Part shown: one piece after another, positions 23,110 through 32,662 of the stretch | How positions within the stretch are numbered: the first letter of the stretch is position 1 | How the letters are laid out: every line of letters starts with the position of its first letter | Assembly: GCA_963734535.1 (NCBI GenBank) | Contig: CAVTHS010000003.1 | Span: forward strand, 32,001-96,000 | Direction: 5' to 3' | Source of the DNA: an uncultured Chloroflexia bacterium | GTDB lineage: Bacteria; Chloroflexota; Limnocylindria; Limnocylindrales; CSP1-4 | DNA: 64,000 nucleotides | Position numbers and translations under genes: made by a program | The notes under the pieces: generated by a model | Seen by the model: the letters and a program-made list of their open reading frames with translations, nothing else | What the model was told of the DNA's origin: nothing | Database searches by the model: none

Positions 23110-24261
23110 ATGGAGCGCCCGCACGGCCTGCCGCTCACCGGCCCGGGGCTCGCCGTGCTCGAGCTCGCGATCGATGGCCCTCCGGCCGGGACGGTGCCGG
23201 CAGGGGCGACCGTCGATCCGGCAGCCGAGCCCGCGGGGTACCTGGTCGCGATGGACGGCGGCGTCCGGATCCACTTCCTCGACTGGGGCGGGCCGGCGAC
23301 GCGCGATGCCGGGGCGCCGGCAGATGTCGCGCCGGCAGATGTCGCGCCGGCAAGCTTCAGCGCTGGCTTCGACGTGCCTGGCATCCTCCTGATCCATGGA
23401 CTGGCGCGGACCGCCTGGTCGTGGACGCCCGTCGCCCGGCGTCTCCGTGGGGAGGCACGTGTGGCCGCGATGGACCTTCGCGGCCACGGCCTCTCAGACG
23501 CGCCGACCGATGGATACGACCCGGAGCAGCTGGCGGAGGACGCGATCGCGGTCGCCGAGGGCGCCGGGCTCCTCTCCGTCGCGGATGACCCGGGTGCGCC
23601 CGGAGCGCCACGCCCGCAGCGGTTCGTCGTGGCAGGACACGGGTACGGCGCCGTCGTCGCGGCCTGGGCCGCCAACGCGCTCGGCGACCGCTGCACCGGC
23701 CTCGTCCTGGTCGACGGCGGCTGGAGCGACCTGGCTGCCGAGACCTCGATGACGCCCGACGAGTGGCTCGCGGCGATCGCCGAGCCCCCCGAGGTGCTCC
23801 GCTCCATGACAGCGTGGCTCGCGGACCGTGAGGCCTTCGACCCCGCGGCCTGGGGTGCCGACGAGGCGCATGCCGCGCGGAGCGAGGTCGTCGAGACCGC
23901 CGCGGGCAGGGTCAAGCTCGCGATCCACCGGCACGCGCTCGCGGCCTCCGTCGGCGCGCTCTGGACATTCGATCCGGTCGCCGTCCTCCCGGCCGTGGAG
24001 GCGGAGATCGTCGCGCTCGTCGCGCGCGAGAACGACGAAGGCCGGCACCTTGGAGCCCTCCGCGAGGTTGCGGCCACGCGAGCTGCCACCGGTCGCTCTC
24101 TCGTCCGGGCTGCCAGCCTTCCCGGACTCGGGCATGACCTGCCGCGCCACGTTCCGGACCTTGTTGCCGCCGCGATTCGCGCGGCCGCCGGCCCTGGCCC
24201 CGTGGCGGGTCGCCCGAGACACCAGGGCAGCGATGGCGCAGCAGGGGGCGCATCGGGCTAG
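23110..24261 (+). CDS. Alpha/beta hydrolase fold protein lacking the nucleophilic Ser
   Basis: LIHGL, MDLRGHGLSD, LVLVDGG, GHD; elbow reads GHGYG. Confidence 0.8.
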   Translation: MERPHGLPLTGPGLAVLELAIDGPPAGTVPAGATVDPAAEPAGYLVAMDGGVRIHFLDWGGPATRDAGAPADVAPADVAPASFSAGFDVPGILLIHGLARTAWSWTPVARRLRGEARVAAMDLRGHGLSDAPTDGYDPEQLAEDAIAVAEGAGLLSVADDPGAPGAPRPQRFVVAGHGYGAVVAAWAANALGDRCTGLVLVDGGWSDLAAETSMTPDEWLAAIAEPPEVLRSMTAWLADREAFDPAAWGADEAHAARSEVVETAAGRVKLAIHRHALAASVGALWTFDPVAVLPAVEAEIVALVARENDEGRHLGALREVAATRAATGRSLVRAASLPGLGHDLPRHVPDLVAAAIRAAAGPGPVAGRPRHQGSDGAAGGASG

Positions 24262-24270
24262 GATGCGGCC

Positions 24271-25005
24271 ATGCCCACACGAGACCTGCCCGCGCACGTG
24301 AAGTCGATCGTCACCGAGATCGAGACCGAGATCGGCGAGGAAGAGGCTGAGGGGACGGACCCGGCGTTCGCCGCCGTCCTGGCTCCGGCGGCCGCCATCG
24401 AAGGCGAAGGCGCCGGCGGTCCCCGGACGTCGAGGGGCAACGGCCGGGTGGAGGCCGCGGTGCGCGGCATCCTGCGCGAGATCGGCGAGGATCCCGATCG
24501 CCAGGGCCTCGTGGGCACGCCGGGACGCGTCCACCGGATGTACGCGGAGCTGACGGCCGGTTACCACGTCGACCCCGAGCGTCTCATCAACGGCGCGATC
24601 TTCGACGTCGACTACAGCGAGATGGTGGTCGTCAAGGAGATCCCGTTCTACTCGCTCTGCGAACACCATCTCCTGCCGTTCTTTGGGACGGCCGCAGTCG
24701 CGTACATCCCGAAGGGCCGCGTCATCGGCCTCTCGAAGATCCCGCGGATCGTGGAGATGTACGCTCGCCGGCTGCAGGTCCAGGAGCGGCTCACCCAGCA
24801 GGTCGCGGGCTTCCTGCAGGAGCGCCTCGGCCCGGGCGGTACCGGGGTCGTGATCGAGGCGACCCACCTGTGCGCCGTCATGCGCGGCATCCGCAAGCCC
24901 GGCACCGTGATGACCACCAGCCACGTCCTGGGACTCTTCCGGAACAGCGACAAGACCCGCGCCGAGTTCTTCGCGCACCTCGAGCGGCGGGCTCCCGGTG
25001 CCTGA
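24271..25005 (+). CDS. folE: GTP cyclohydrolase I
   Basis: [40 protein letters not shown]. Confidence 0.95.
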   Translation: MPTRDLPAHVKSIVTEIETEIGEEEAEGTDPAFAAVLAPAAAIEGEGAGGPRTSRGNGRVEAAVRGILREIGEDPDRQGLVGTPGRVHRMYAELTAGYHVDPERLINGAIFDVDYSEMVVVKEIPFYSLCEHHLLPFFGTAAVAYIPKGRVIGLSKIPRIVEMYARRLQVQERLTQQVAGFLQERLGPGGTGVVIEATHLCAVMRGIRKPGTVMTTSHVLGLFRNSDKTRAEFFAHLERRAPGA

Positions 25006-25207
25006 TCCGGTGGTGCCACCGACGCGGCCCGACGGCGCCCGGGTGGAGGTGCACCGCGGCCGCTCGCGGGCCCGGATCATGGCCGGCCTGCTGGGAACCG
25101 CCCTGGTCATCGCGGCCGGCGCCGTCATCGGGTGGTGGCAGACGCGCCCACCGGCCGACGACCCGGGACCGGACGATCCGCTGCGGCGCGGCTCACGGCC
25201 CTGGTGA
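24998..25207 (+). CDS. Small single-TM hypothetical protein
   Basis: Overlaps the folE end; hydrophobic stretch [20 protein letters not shown]. Confidence 0.45.
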   Translation: MPDPVVPPTRPDGARVEVHRGRSRARIMAGLLGTALVIAAGAVIGWWQTRPPADDPGPDDPLRRGSRPW

Positions 25208-25297
25208 CGGCGCGCCGCCGGCCGACGGCCGGGCGGCACCGGAGGCGAACCGGGAGCGCCAGCTGACGGGCGGGGCCGGGATGCCGCCCGCTGGTGC

Positions 25298-26383
25298 TCA
25301 GCCCGGGCGCGCCACGATCTCGATCGACTTCGAGCCTCCGACGACCTCCACGTCGTAGCGGTCAGCCGCCGCTGCCCAGCCCCGGGATGCCATCGTCGAC
25401 CGGCCGCCCTTCTCGCCGAGCCGGGTCCCGTCGAGCTCGACAAGGCCGGATCCGCCCAGCACGGTCAGCCGGACCGGCACGCTGCCGGGCCGCTCGATGC
25501 GGATCGAGCTCGCTCCGCCGACGAGTCGAACGGCGCGCTCACCGCTCGCCGGTCCCAGCTCCAGCTGGAGCCGTTCCATGCCGCCGGTCAGCTCGAAGCG
25601 TTCCGTGTCGACCTCGCGAAGGTCCGCCTCCACCCGCTGCACCCCGCCGACGATGGCGATCGTCCAGGGAATCGTGGTGTTGAGGGCGAGCGAGGCCGTC
25701 CGCTTGCGCCAGTCGTACGGCACCCCGCGGTACTGGACGATGACGCGCCCGTCGCGCAGGCGCACCTGCGGCGTCGCTCCCTGGAACTCCGCCCGGTAGA
25801 GCTCGCCTGGCGTCGTGTCGGGACGCAGCCGCACCTCGGACAGCCCTGCCCGAACCAGCAGCCGGGCGCTCGTGAGGCCACCAAGCGGCGCCGAGTTCTC
25901 GGACGTCTCGTCGGCGCCCGCCGTCTCACGAGTGTGCTGGCGCATGCTCGTCGCCTGGTCCTTCGTGATCTGCTCCATCCGGGCCAGGAAGTCCGTGATG
26001 AGCGCGAGCTGCGCGTCGGTGTAGCGACTGATCTCATCCGAGCCGGCGGCCCCGACCCGGTCGAGGGTCGCCTGGATGGCCGCGACCTTCTCCGCCACGA
26101 CCTCGACGATCACGCGCCGGCGATCGGCGGGATCCGGGACACGGCGAACGTAGCCGGACTGCTCGAGCCGATCGATCACGCGGGTGATCGCGCCGCTGGT
26201 GAGGCCGGTCAGCTCGGAGAGCCGGCCCGCGGTCGTCGCGCCCATGTCGATGAGCGCCTCCAGGGTCTCGATGTCCGACTCGGACAGGCCGAAGCGGATC
26301 GCGACGGTCTGGCCGAAGAAGGAGCCCTGGAGGTTGACCCGGCGAAGCGAACGAAGGACGTCATCGATGCGATCGCGTTTCAT
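25298..26383 (-). CDS. MarR family regulator fused to a beta-rich C-terminal domain
   Basis: TAGRLSELTGLTSGAITRVIDRLEQSGYV...DRRRVIV, followed by about 190 aa of Gly-rich beta repeats. Confidence 0.85.
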   Translation of the reverse strand: MKRDRIDDVLRSLRRVNLQGSFFGQTVAIRFGLSESDIETLEALIDMGATTAGRLSELTGLTSGAITRVIDRLEQSGYVRRVPDPADRRRVIVEVVAEKVAAIQATLDRVGAAGSDEISRYTDAQLALITDFLARMEQITKDQATSMRQHTRETAGADETSENSAPLGGLTSARLLVRAGLSEVRLRPDTTPGELYRAEFQGATPQVRLRDGRVIVQYRGVPYDWRKRTASLALNTTIPWTIAIVGGVQRVEADLREVDTERFELTGGMERLQLELGPASGERAVRLVGGASSIRIERPGSVPVRLTVLGGSGLVELDGTRLGEKGGRSTMASRGWAAAADRYDVEVVGGSKSIEIVARPG

Positions 26384-26410
26384 GGCTTGACGAATGCTCC
26401 TGACTCGGTA

Positions 26411-26433
26411 ATTATCTGCACTGCGCAGATAAT
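26411..26433. promoter_or_regulatory. Palindrome ATTATCTGC-N5-GCAGATAAT, probable MarR operator
   Basis: 9-bp perfect inverted repeat between divergent marR and the ABC exporter genes. Confidence 0.7.
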
Positions 26434-26497
26434 GATCGATGTTGCTGAACAGTGCAAGGAGCGCCGTCGGTCAGCATAGGGCATCCAGGAGGTCGGC

Positions 26498-27478
26498 ATG
26501 GCAGCTCCCACCCGCATCGGGACGACGATGATCGAGACGAGAGACCTGCGGAGGACGTTCAGGACGCGCGGCGGCGCGGTCGAGGCCGTCAAGGGCGTCG
26601 ACCTGCGCGTCGGCGCGGGCGAGATCTTCGGCTTCCTTGGCCCGAACGGGGCGGGCAAGACGACGATGATCCGGATGCTCGCCACGCTCATCACGCCGTC
26701 CTCGGGTGATGCATGCGTCGCAGGTGCGGACCTGCGCCGCGAGCCACAGCTCGTTCGGCGACGCATCGGGTATGTCCCGCAGGGCGGCTCGACCGACCCC
26801 GCCGAGACGGGCCGCGGCGAGCTTGTCCTGCAGGGTCGCCTCTACGGGATGTCCAGGCCGGATGCCACGAAGCGCGCGGCCGAGGTGCTCGCGGCGCTCG
26901 ACCTCGAGGCGGCGGCCGATCGCGGTACGGGCACCTACTCGGGTGGGATGCGACGCCGGCTCGACGTCGGGCTCGGGATCGTCCATCGGCCGGCCGTCCT
27001 CTTCCTGGACGAGCCGACCACGGGACTCGACCCCCAGGCCCGGGCGCGGATGTGGGACGAGATCCGCGCGCTCCGCGACCTGGGGACGACGGTCTTCCTG
27101 ACCACGCATTACCTCGAGGAGGCGGACGCCCTGGCGGACCGCCTGGCGATCATCGACCACGGCCGGATCGTCGCCGAGGGCACGTCGGACCAGCTCAAGC
27201 AGGCGGTCGCCGGCGACGTGGTCACGATCGGCGTCGATGGCGCGGGAGCACGAGTCGTGGGCCTCGTCGAGAAGCTGTCGTTCGTCCGCGAAGCCGTCCT
27301 GGAGGACGGCCTGGTGCGCCTCTTCGTCGACCGGGGTGAGCTCGCGGTTCCGCAGCTCCTGCGCCTCCTCGACTCGGCCGGCTTTGCCCCGACCTCGATC
27401 ACGCTGAACAAGCCGAGCCTGGACGATGTCTTCCTGCGCCAGACCGGCCGCTCGCTGCGCGAGGAGCCGGCCGCCTGA
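26498..27478 (+). CDS. DrrA-like ABC exporter ATP-binding protein
   Basis: GPNGAGKTT, YSGGMRRRL, LFLDEPTTGLD, TTHYLEEAD. Confidence 0.93.
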   Translation: MAAPTRIGTTMIETRDLRRTFRTRGGAVEAVKGVDLRVGAGEIFGFLGPNGAGKTTMIRMLATLITPSSGDACVAGADLRREPQLVRRRIGYVPQGGSTDPAETGRGELVLQGRLYGMSRPDATKRAAEVLAALDLEAAADRGTGTYSGGMRRRLDVGLGIVHRPAVLFLDEPTTGLDPQARARMWDEIRALRDLGTTVFLTTHYLEEADALADRLAIIDHGRIVAEGTSDQLKQAVAGDVVTIGVDGAGARVVGLVEKLSFVREAVLEDGLVRLFVDRGELAVPQLLRLLDSAGFAPTSITLNKPSLDDVFLRQTGRSLREEPAA

Positions 27479-27583
27479 CCTCCCTGCGCTTCGGCGCCCA
27501 TCGACCAACGCGGCGGCCCCGTGGGCCGAAACGCCGGGAACCGGCCCCGCCTTGCCATTTCCACGCGACGAAAGGACCATTCG

Positions 27584-28342
27584 ATGACGGTGACCCGCGA
27601 CACCTGGCTCATGTTCCAGCGATCCATGCGCCTGACGATCCGCCAGCCGATCTGGATCATCCTGGGGATGATCCAGCCCATCCTGTACCTGGTCCTGTTC
27701 GGACCGCTCCTCGAGGCCTCGACCCGGGCCGCGGGCGCGGGATCGAACGCCTACAACTGGTTCATCCCGGGCCTCCTCATTCAAACTGCCCTCTTCGGCA
27801 GCGCGTTCGTCGGCTTCGGGCTGATCGCGGAGCTCCGCTTCGGCGTCGTGGAACGGATGCGGGTCACGCCGATGAGCCGCATTGCGATGCTCCTCGGGCG
27901 GTCGCTCCGCGACGTCGTCATCCTGGTGGCGCAGGCGATGGTGATGATGGTCATCGCGCTGCCGTTCGGGCTGAAGATCGATCCGGCCGGGGCAGCCGTG
28001 ACGCTCTGCCTGCTCGCGCTGATCGGGCTCCTGATGGCGCCGCTCTCGTACACGGCGGGGCTCATCCTCAAGAGCGAGGATGCCCTGGCCCCGCTCGTCC
28101 AGGGCATCGCGCTGCCCCTGCTGCTCCTGTCCGGGATCCTGCTGCCGCTTGCCCTGGCACCGGACTGGCTCCGGTTCCTCAGCTCGCTGAACCCGCTGAC
28201 CCACGCCGCCGACGCCGCGCGGGCGCTGTTCAACGGCGACTGGGGCAACCCCGAGGTCGCGATCGGCGTGACGATCACGGCGATCCTCGCCGCCGTCGCG
28301 GTCTGGATCGCGTCACGCGCCTTCAGCCGGGCCAACGCCTGA
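27584..28342 (+). CDS. ABC-2 type permease (DrrB-like)
   Basis: Six TM segments; [18 protein letters not shown]. Confidence 0.9.
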   Translation: MTVTRDTWLMFQRSMRLTIRQPIWIILGMIQPILYLVLFGPLLEASTRAAGAGSNAYNWFIPGLLIQTALFGSAFVGFGLIAELRFGVVERMRVTPMSRIAMLLGRSLRDVVILVAQAMVMMVIALPFGLKIDPAGAAVTLCLLALIGLLMAPLSYTAGLILKSEDALAPLVQGIALPLLLLSGILLPLALAPDWLRFLSSLNPLTHAADAARALFNGDWGNPEVAIGVTITAILAAVAVWIASRAFSRANA

Positions 28343-28463
28343 CGAAGGGCGCAGGCGGCCACACCCGTCCGGCCGCGCACGACCGCCTCGCGGCCGGCGG
28401 ACACCGGCGTCCCCCCGAGCGGTACCCGTGCTCGGCGGCCGGGTGGGCGCCTACAATCCGGCC

Positions 28464-28871
28464 ATGACCGATCGACCGATCAAGGTGCTCATCGCCAAGC
28501 CCGGCCTCGATGGCCACGATCGGGGCGCCAAGGTCCTCGCCCGGGGCCTCCGCGACGAAGGCTTCGAAGTCGTCTATACGGGGCTTCGCCAGACCCCGGA
28601 GATGATCGTGACAGCGGCGCTCCAGGAGGACGTTGACGTTGTCGGGCTCTCGATCCTGTCGGGTGCCCACATGACCCTGCTGCCGAAGGTGATGCGCCTG
28701 CTCCACGAGCGCGGCCTGGACGACGTGCTGGTCACCGCGGGCGGGATCATCCCCGACGACGACGTCCCGGCCCTCGAGGCCGCCGGGGTGGCCGCGGTCT
28801 TCGGGCCGGGAACCACGATCGCCGAGGTCGCGGCCTACATCCGGGGCCACGTTCGGCCGCCCGAGGCGTGA
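28464..28871 (+). CDS. Acyl-CoA mutase small cobalamin-binding subunit (IcmB/McmB type)
   Basis: [12 protein letters not shown] (DxHxxG), [19 protein letters not shown]. Confidence 0.93.
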   Translation: MTDRPIKVLIAKPGLDGHDRGAKVLARGLRDEGFEVVYTGLRQTPEMIVTAALQEDVDVVGLSILSGAHMTLLPKVMRLLHERGLDDVLVTAGGIIPDDDVPALEAAGVAAVFGPGTTIAEVAAYIRGHVRPPEA

Positions 28872-29893
28872 GCGAGGCGGAGATTCGCGCGCTCGAGCTG
28901 GCCGACGCGGCCGTCGCCGGCGACCGCCGGGCGCTGGCCCGGCTCCTGACCGCGGTCGAGAACCGGACAGCGATCGCGGAGGCGGCTCTGCGCCACCTCT
29001 ACCCCAGCACGGGACGGGCGCACCTCGTCGGGATCACCGGCGCGCCCGGCGCAGGCAAGAGCACGCTCGTCGCCGCGCTGATCGCGGAGGTTCGCGCCGT
29101 GGGCCGGGCCGTTGCCGTGGTGGCGGTCGATCCGTCGTCTCCCATCACGGGAGGCGCGCTTCTCGGCGATCGCGTGCGGATGCAGGCGTACGCCTCCGAC
29201 GACGGGGTCTTCATCCGAAGCATGGCCTCGCGCGGGCATGCTGGCGGGCTCGCCGCCACGAGCACGAGCGCCGCGACCGTCCTCGACGCGGCCGGATTCG
29301 ACCTTGTCCTGCTCGAGACCGTCGGCACGGGCCAGAGCGAAGTAGAGGTCGCCGCGGCGGCCGACACGACCGTCGTCCTGGAGGCGCCCGAGATGGGGGA
29401 CGAGGTGCAGGCGATCAAGGCTGGGCTCCTCGAGGTGGCCGACATCGTGGTCGTCAACAAGGGCGACCGGCCCGGGGCCCAGCGGACCGCGGCCCAGCTT
29501 CGGGCGATGCTGACGTCAACCATGAGCCCGCGCGTCGCGGCAGCCGAGGCGGGCGCACCGGGCGAGGTGCGGGCCGGGCGTAGCCGCCCCAAGCGGCCCG
29601 ATGTGCTGATCACGACCGCCTCGACCGGCGAGGGCGTGCCCGCGCTCGTCACGGCCCTGGATCGTCATCGTTCGGCCGGCCGTGAGGGGCTCGCAGATGG
29701 CGCCGGCCTTGCCCGTGCCGAGGCGCAGGTCTGGGCGATCGTCTCCGAGCGGCTCCGGGATCGGTTCCACGGGACGACCGCGGCACCCGCGACCGAGGAG
29801 ACGCTGCGCGCCGTCGCCGAGCATCGGCTCGACCCGTACACGGCGGCCGACCAGCTGCTCGCCTCGCTGACCGGGGGGCGCCCCGCGAACTGA
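28868..29893 (+). CDS. meaB: MeaB/ArgK GTPase chaperone of B12 mutases
   Basis: [42 protein letters not shown]. Confidence 0.93.
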   Translation: MSEAEIRALELADAAVAGDRRALARLLTAVENRTAIAEAALRHLYPSTGRAHLVGITGAPGAGKSTLVAALIAEVRAVGRAVAVVAVDPSSPITGGALLGDRVRMQAYASDDGVFIRSMASRGHAGGLAATSTSAATVLDAAGFDLVLLETVGTGQSEVEVAAAADTTVVLEAPEMGDEVQAIKAGLLEVADIVVVNKGDRPGAQRTAAQLRAMLTSTMSPRVAAAEAGAPGEVRAGRSRPKRPDVLITTASTGEGVPALVTALDRHRSAGREGLADGAGLARAEAQVWAIVSERLRDRFHGTTAAPATEETLRAVAEHRLDPYTAADQLLASLTGGRPAN

Positions 29894-30211
29894 ACGGGCA
29901 GGGCACGTTTGCAGAGGCTCGGCGAGTGGGACGCGGGCGCGTCGACGAGGGTGCCGCTGGTCCGCAGGTCGACCTGGACGCCGGCGCGGCGCGGGCTGCC
30001 GGCGGTGCCTGGCGCGCAGGTTGCTGCGGCCGACGGTCTTGCACAGATTGCGCACTGCGACCGCCGAGGACCCTGGTACTGCATCCTTTGCGTCACGGAA
30101 GAGGCAGCGCAACCGGTCGTCGGTCGATCCGCGTCACCGGGTGCACGCGGCTGCCGGGTTGGGACCCGCCGTCGGTCGCAGTGGTCACCGGGCGCACAGC
30201 CCTCGACGGGG

Positions 30212-30273
30212 CCGGGCGTGGCGGTTCCCGGCAGGTCCCGCACGCGCTTCGAAACCGGGAACGCCACGCCCGG
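30212..30273. other. Long intergenic hairpin (19-bp stem, one bulge)
   Basis: CCGGGCGTGGCGGTTCCCGG (30212-30231) pairs with CCGGGAACGCCACGCCCGG (30255-30273). Confidence 0.6.
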
Positions 30274-30328
30274 TCGGCACGCCCTCATCGCCTTCGGCGC
30301 CGAGAGCGGCCGCGCCGGTCTGGCAGCT

Positions 30329-30451
30329 GCCGCGAACCCGGGCCGCGCCGCGAACCCCGGCCGCTGCCGTCGCGCACCGGCCGCTGCCGTCGCGCACCCA
30401 GCCGCCGCGAACCCCGGCCGCTGCCGTCGCGCACCCAGCCGCGGCGAACCC
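30329..30451. repeat. Mosaic tandem repeat of GCCGCGAACCCCGG and CCGCTGCCGTCGCGCACC units
   Basis: Units recur 3-4 times just upstream of the hbd gene; no unique spacers. Confidence 0.7.
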
Positions 30452-30490
30452 CAGTGGCCCGCGCCGCGCACCCGGCGTACTCTCTCCGGC

Positions 30491-31354
30491 ATGTCGATCG
30501 AGCGAGCCTTCGTGGCCGGCGCCGGGCTGATGGGCCACGGGATCGCCCAGGTCCTGGCCTCGGCGGGCCGAACCGTGGACCTCTACGAGCCGGAGCTCGC
30601 CCGGGCGGAGGCCGGCCGCGCCCGGATCGTCGCCAACCTGGAGCGTGCCGTCGCGAAGGGCAGGATCGACGCGACCGCTGCCAACGAGATCGCGGCCCGT
30701 GTCGCGGCGACGACGCGGATCGTGTTCGCCGAGGAGGCCGACCTGGTGGTCGAGGCGGTCTTCGAGGACGAGGCACTCAAGCGCAGGCTGTGGTCCGAGC
30801 TCGACGGCCGGGCCCCGGGACGGGCGATCCTCGCCTCGAACACGAGCTCCATCTCGATCGATCGACTCGCGGAGGCGCTCGCCCCGGGTCGCCGGAGCCA
30901 CTTCTGCGGGATGCACTTCTTCAGCCCGGTGCCGGTCATGCCGCTCGTGGAGCTGATCCGAGGCAGCGCGACCGACGAGGCGACGGTCGCTGCGGTTCGC
31001 GCGCTGGCGTCAGACCTGGGCAAGCAGGTGATCGTGTCGGCCGATCGGCCCGGCTTCATCGTCAATCGGATCCTGATGCCGCTCCTGGCCGAGGCGATGC
31101 GGGCGCTGGAGGAGGGGATCGGGTCGGCGGAGGACATCGACACGGGCGCACGCGTCGGCCTCAACCACCCGATGGGTCCGCTCGCGCTGGCCGACTTCAT
31201 CGGCCTCGACGTCGTGCTCGGGGTGCTCCGCGTCCTGCATGCGGATCTCGGCGACGCACGCTTCGCGCCACCGCGTACGCTGGAGGACCTGGTGGCCGCC
31301 GGGAAGCTGGGCCAGAAGACCGGCGAGGGATTCTTCCGCTACCCGCGCGGCTGA
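30491..31354 (+). CDS. 3-hydroxybutyryl/3-hydroxyacyl-CoA dehydrogenase
   Basis: GAGLMGHGIA, EAVFED, SNTSS, GMHFFSP, PGFIVNR, HPMGPL. Confidence 0.93.
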   Translation: MSIERAFVAGAGLMGHGIAQVLASAGRTVDLYEPELARAEAGRARIVANLERAVAKGRIDATAANEIAARVAATTRIVFAEEADLVVEAVFEDEALKRRLWSELDGRAPGRAILASNTSSISIDRLAEALAPGRRSHFCGMHFFSPVPVMPLVELIRGSATDEATVAAVRALASDLGKQVIVSADRPGFIVNRILMPLLAEAMRALEEGIGSAEDIDTGARVGLNHPMGPLALADFIGLDVVLGVLRVLHADLGDARFAPPRTLEDLVAAGKLGQKTGEGFFRYPRG

Positions 31355-31412
31355 TCGCGGGCTCATCGAAGCTCCCGGCGCCCCGCGCCGGGAGCCGCTC
31401 GCGGGAGGGGAC

Positions 31413-32639
31413 GTGTTCGACGCATTGGACGGGCTGGGACCCGATCAGCGGCTGCTCGGCGAGACGGTCCGCCAGTTCGCGCGCGAGGTGATCGCGCCCG
31501 GCGCGATCGCGCGTGACGAGGAGGAGCGGTTCGACCGGTCGCTGATCGGCGCGATGGCCGGCCTGGGACTCCTCGCCGGGCCATTCCCCGAATCGGCCGG
31601 CGGGGCGGGCCTGACCGCCGAGGCGTGGACGATCGTCGTGGAGGAGATCGCCGCCGCGGACATGGCCGTCGCCGTGAGCCTGTGCGTCCATGTCCTGCAC
31701 CAGAACCCGGTGGTCCGCTGGGGCACGCCCGAGCAGCAGGCCCGCTGGCTGCCCGCGATGCAGGCGGGCGAGGCGCTCGGTGCGTTCGCGCTGACCGAGC
31801 CCGGCGCCGGATCGGACGCTGCCGCGATCCGGACGCGGGCCACGCGCCTCGCGGCCGACGGCAGCCTGATCGGCCCGGACGAGCGGACCGCCGGCGACGA
31901 TTCGACCGGTGCCGCCGCCTACCGGCTCGATGGGACCAAGATCTGGATCTCGAATGCCCCTGACGCCGAGCGGTACCTCGTCTTCGCCACCCTCGACCCG
32001 GCACGTGGCGCCGCCGGGATCACGGCGTTCCTGGTCGAGAAGGGGACACCCGGCTTCCGCTCCGGCGCGCACGAGAAGAAGATGGGGATCCGGGCGTGCC
32101 CGGCTGCCGAGCTCGTGTTCGACGGTGCCGTGATCCCCGCCGCCAACCGGCTCGGCGGGGAGGGAGAAGGGTACCGGGTGGCGCTGTCGGCGCTGGGCGA
32201 CGGCCGGATCGCGATCGCCGCCGCCTGCACGGGCCTTGCGCGCGCGGCACTGGACCGCGCGACGACGTACCTGCACGAGCGGCGAGCCTTCGGGGTGGAG
32301 ATCGCGGAGCTCCAGGGCCTGCGCTTCATGGTCGCGGAGATGGCCCAGCGGGTCGCGACCGCGCGCGCGCTGACGCGGGGCGCAGCCGCCGCGCGCGACC
32401 GCGGCGCCCCCGGAGCGGAGGTTGCCGCCGCGGCATCGCTCGCCAAGTGGACCGCGTCGGACGCGGCCATGCGCGTCACCACGGACGCGGTTCAGCTCTT
32501 CGGCGGGGCCGGCTACTCACGTGAGACCGGGGTGGAGCGGCTCATGCGCGACGCCAAGGGTGCCCAGATCTACGAGGGCACGAACCAGGTCCACCGCGGC
32601 ATCGTCGCGGACGCGATCCTCGGGCGGGTGTCCGGGTAG
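31413..32639 (+). CDS. Acyl-CoA dehydrogenase (butyryl-CoA dehydrogenase-like)
   Basis: AFALTEPGAGSD, GTKIWISN, KMGIRA, VQLFGGAGY, IYEGTNQV. Confidence 0.92.
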   Translation: MFDALDGLGPDQRLLGETVRQFAREVIAPGAIARDEEERFDRSLIGAMAGLGLLAGPFPESAGGAGLTAEAWTIVVEEIAAADMAVAVSLCVHVLHQNPVVRWGTPEQQARWLPAMQAGEALGAFALTEPGAGSDAAAIRTRATRLAADGSLIGPDERTAGDDSTGAAAYRLDGTKIWISNAPDAERYLVFATLDPARGAAGITAFLVEKGTPGFRSGAHEKKMGIRACPAAELVFDGAVIPAANRLGGEGEGYRVALSALGDGRIAIAAACTGLARAALDRATTYLHERRAFGVEIAELQGLRFMVAEMAQRVATARALTRGAAAARDRGAPGAEVAAAASLAKWTASDAAMRVTTDAVQLFGGAGYSRETGVERLMRDAKGAQIYEGTNQVHRGIVADAILGRVSG

Positions 32640-32662
32640 GCCGCGGGAGTAGGATCGCGGTC

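Noticed and set aside
29895-29912. CGGGCAGGGCACGTT, a partial match to the shared effector-locus element
   Set aside because: Lacks the palindrome and the distal TGCCCG; likely chance at this GC content.
30240-30300. AAACCGGGAA considered as the start of a cobalamin riboswitch
   Set aside because: Downstream core elements and the B12 box were not found; the segment is explained by the hairpin.
30329-30451. Repeat cluster considered as a CRISPR array
   Set aside because: Units are adjacent or mosaic with no unique spacers, and there are no cas genes.
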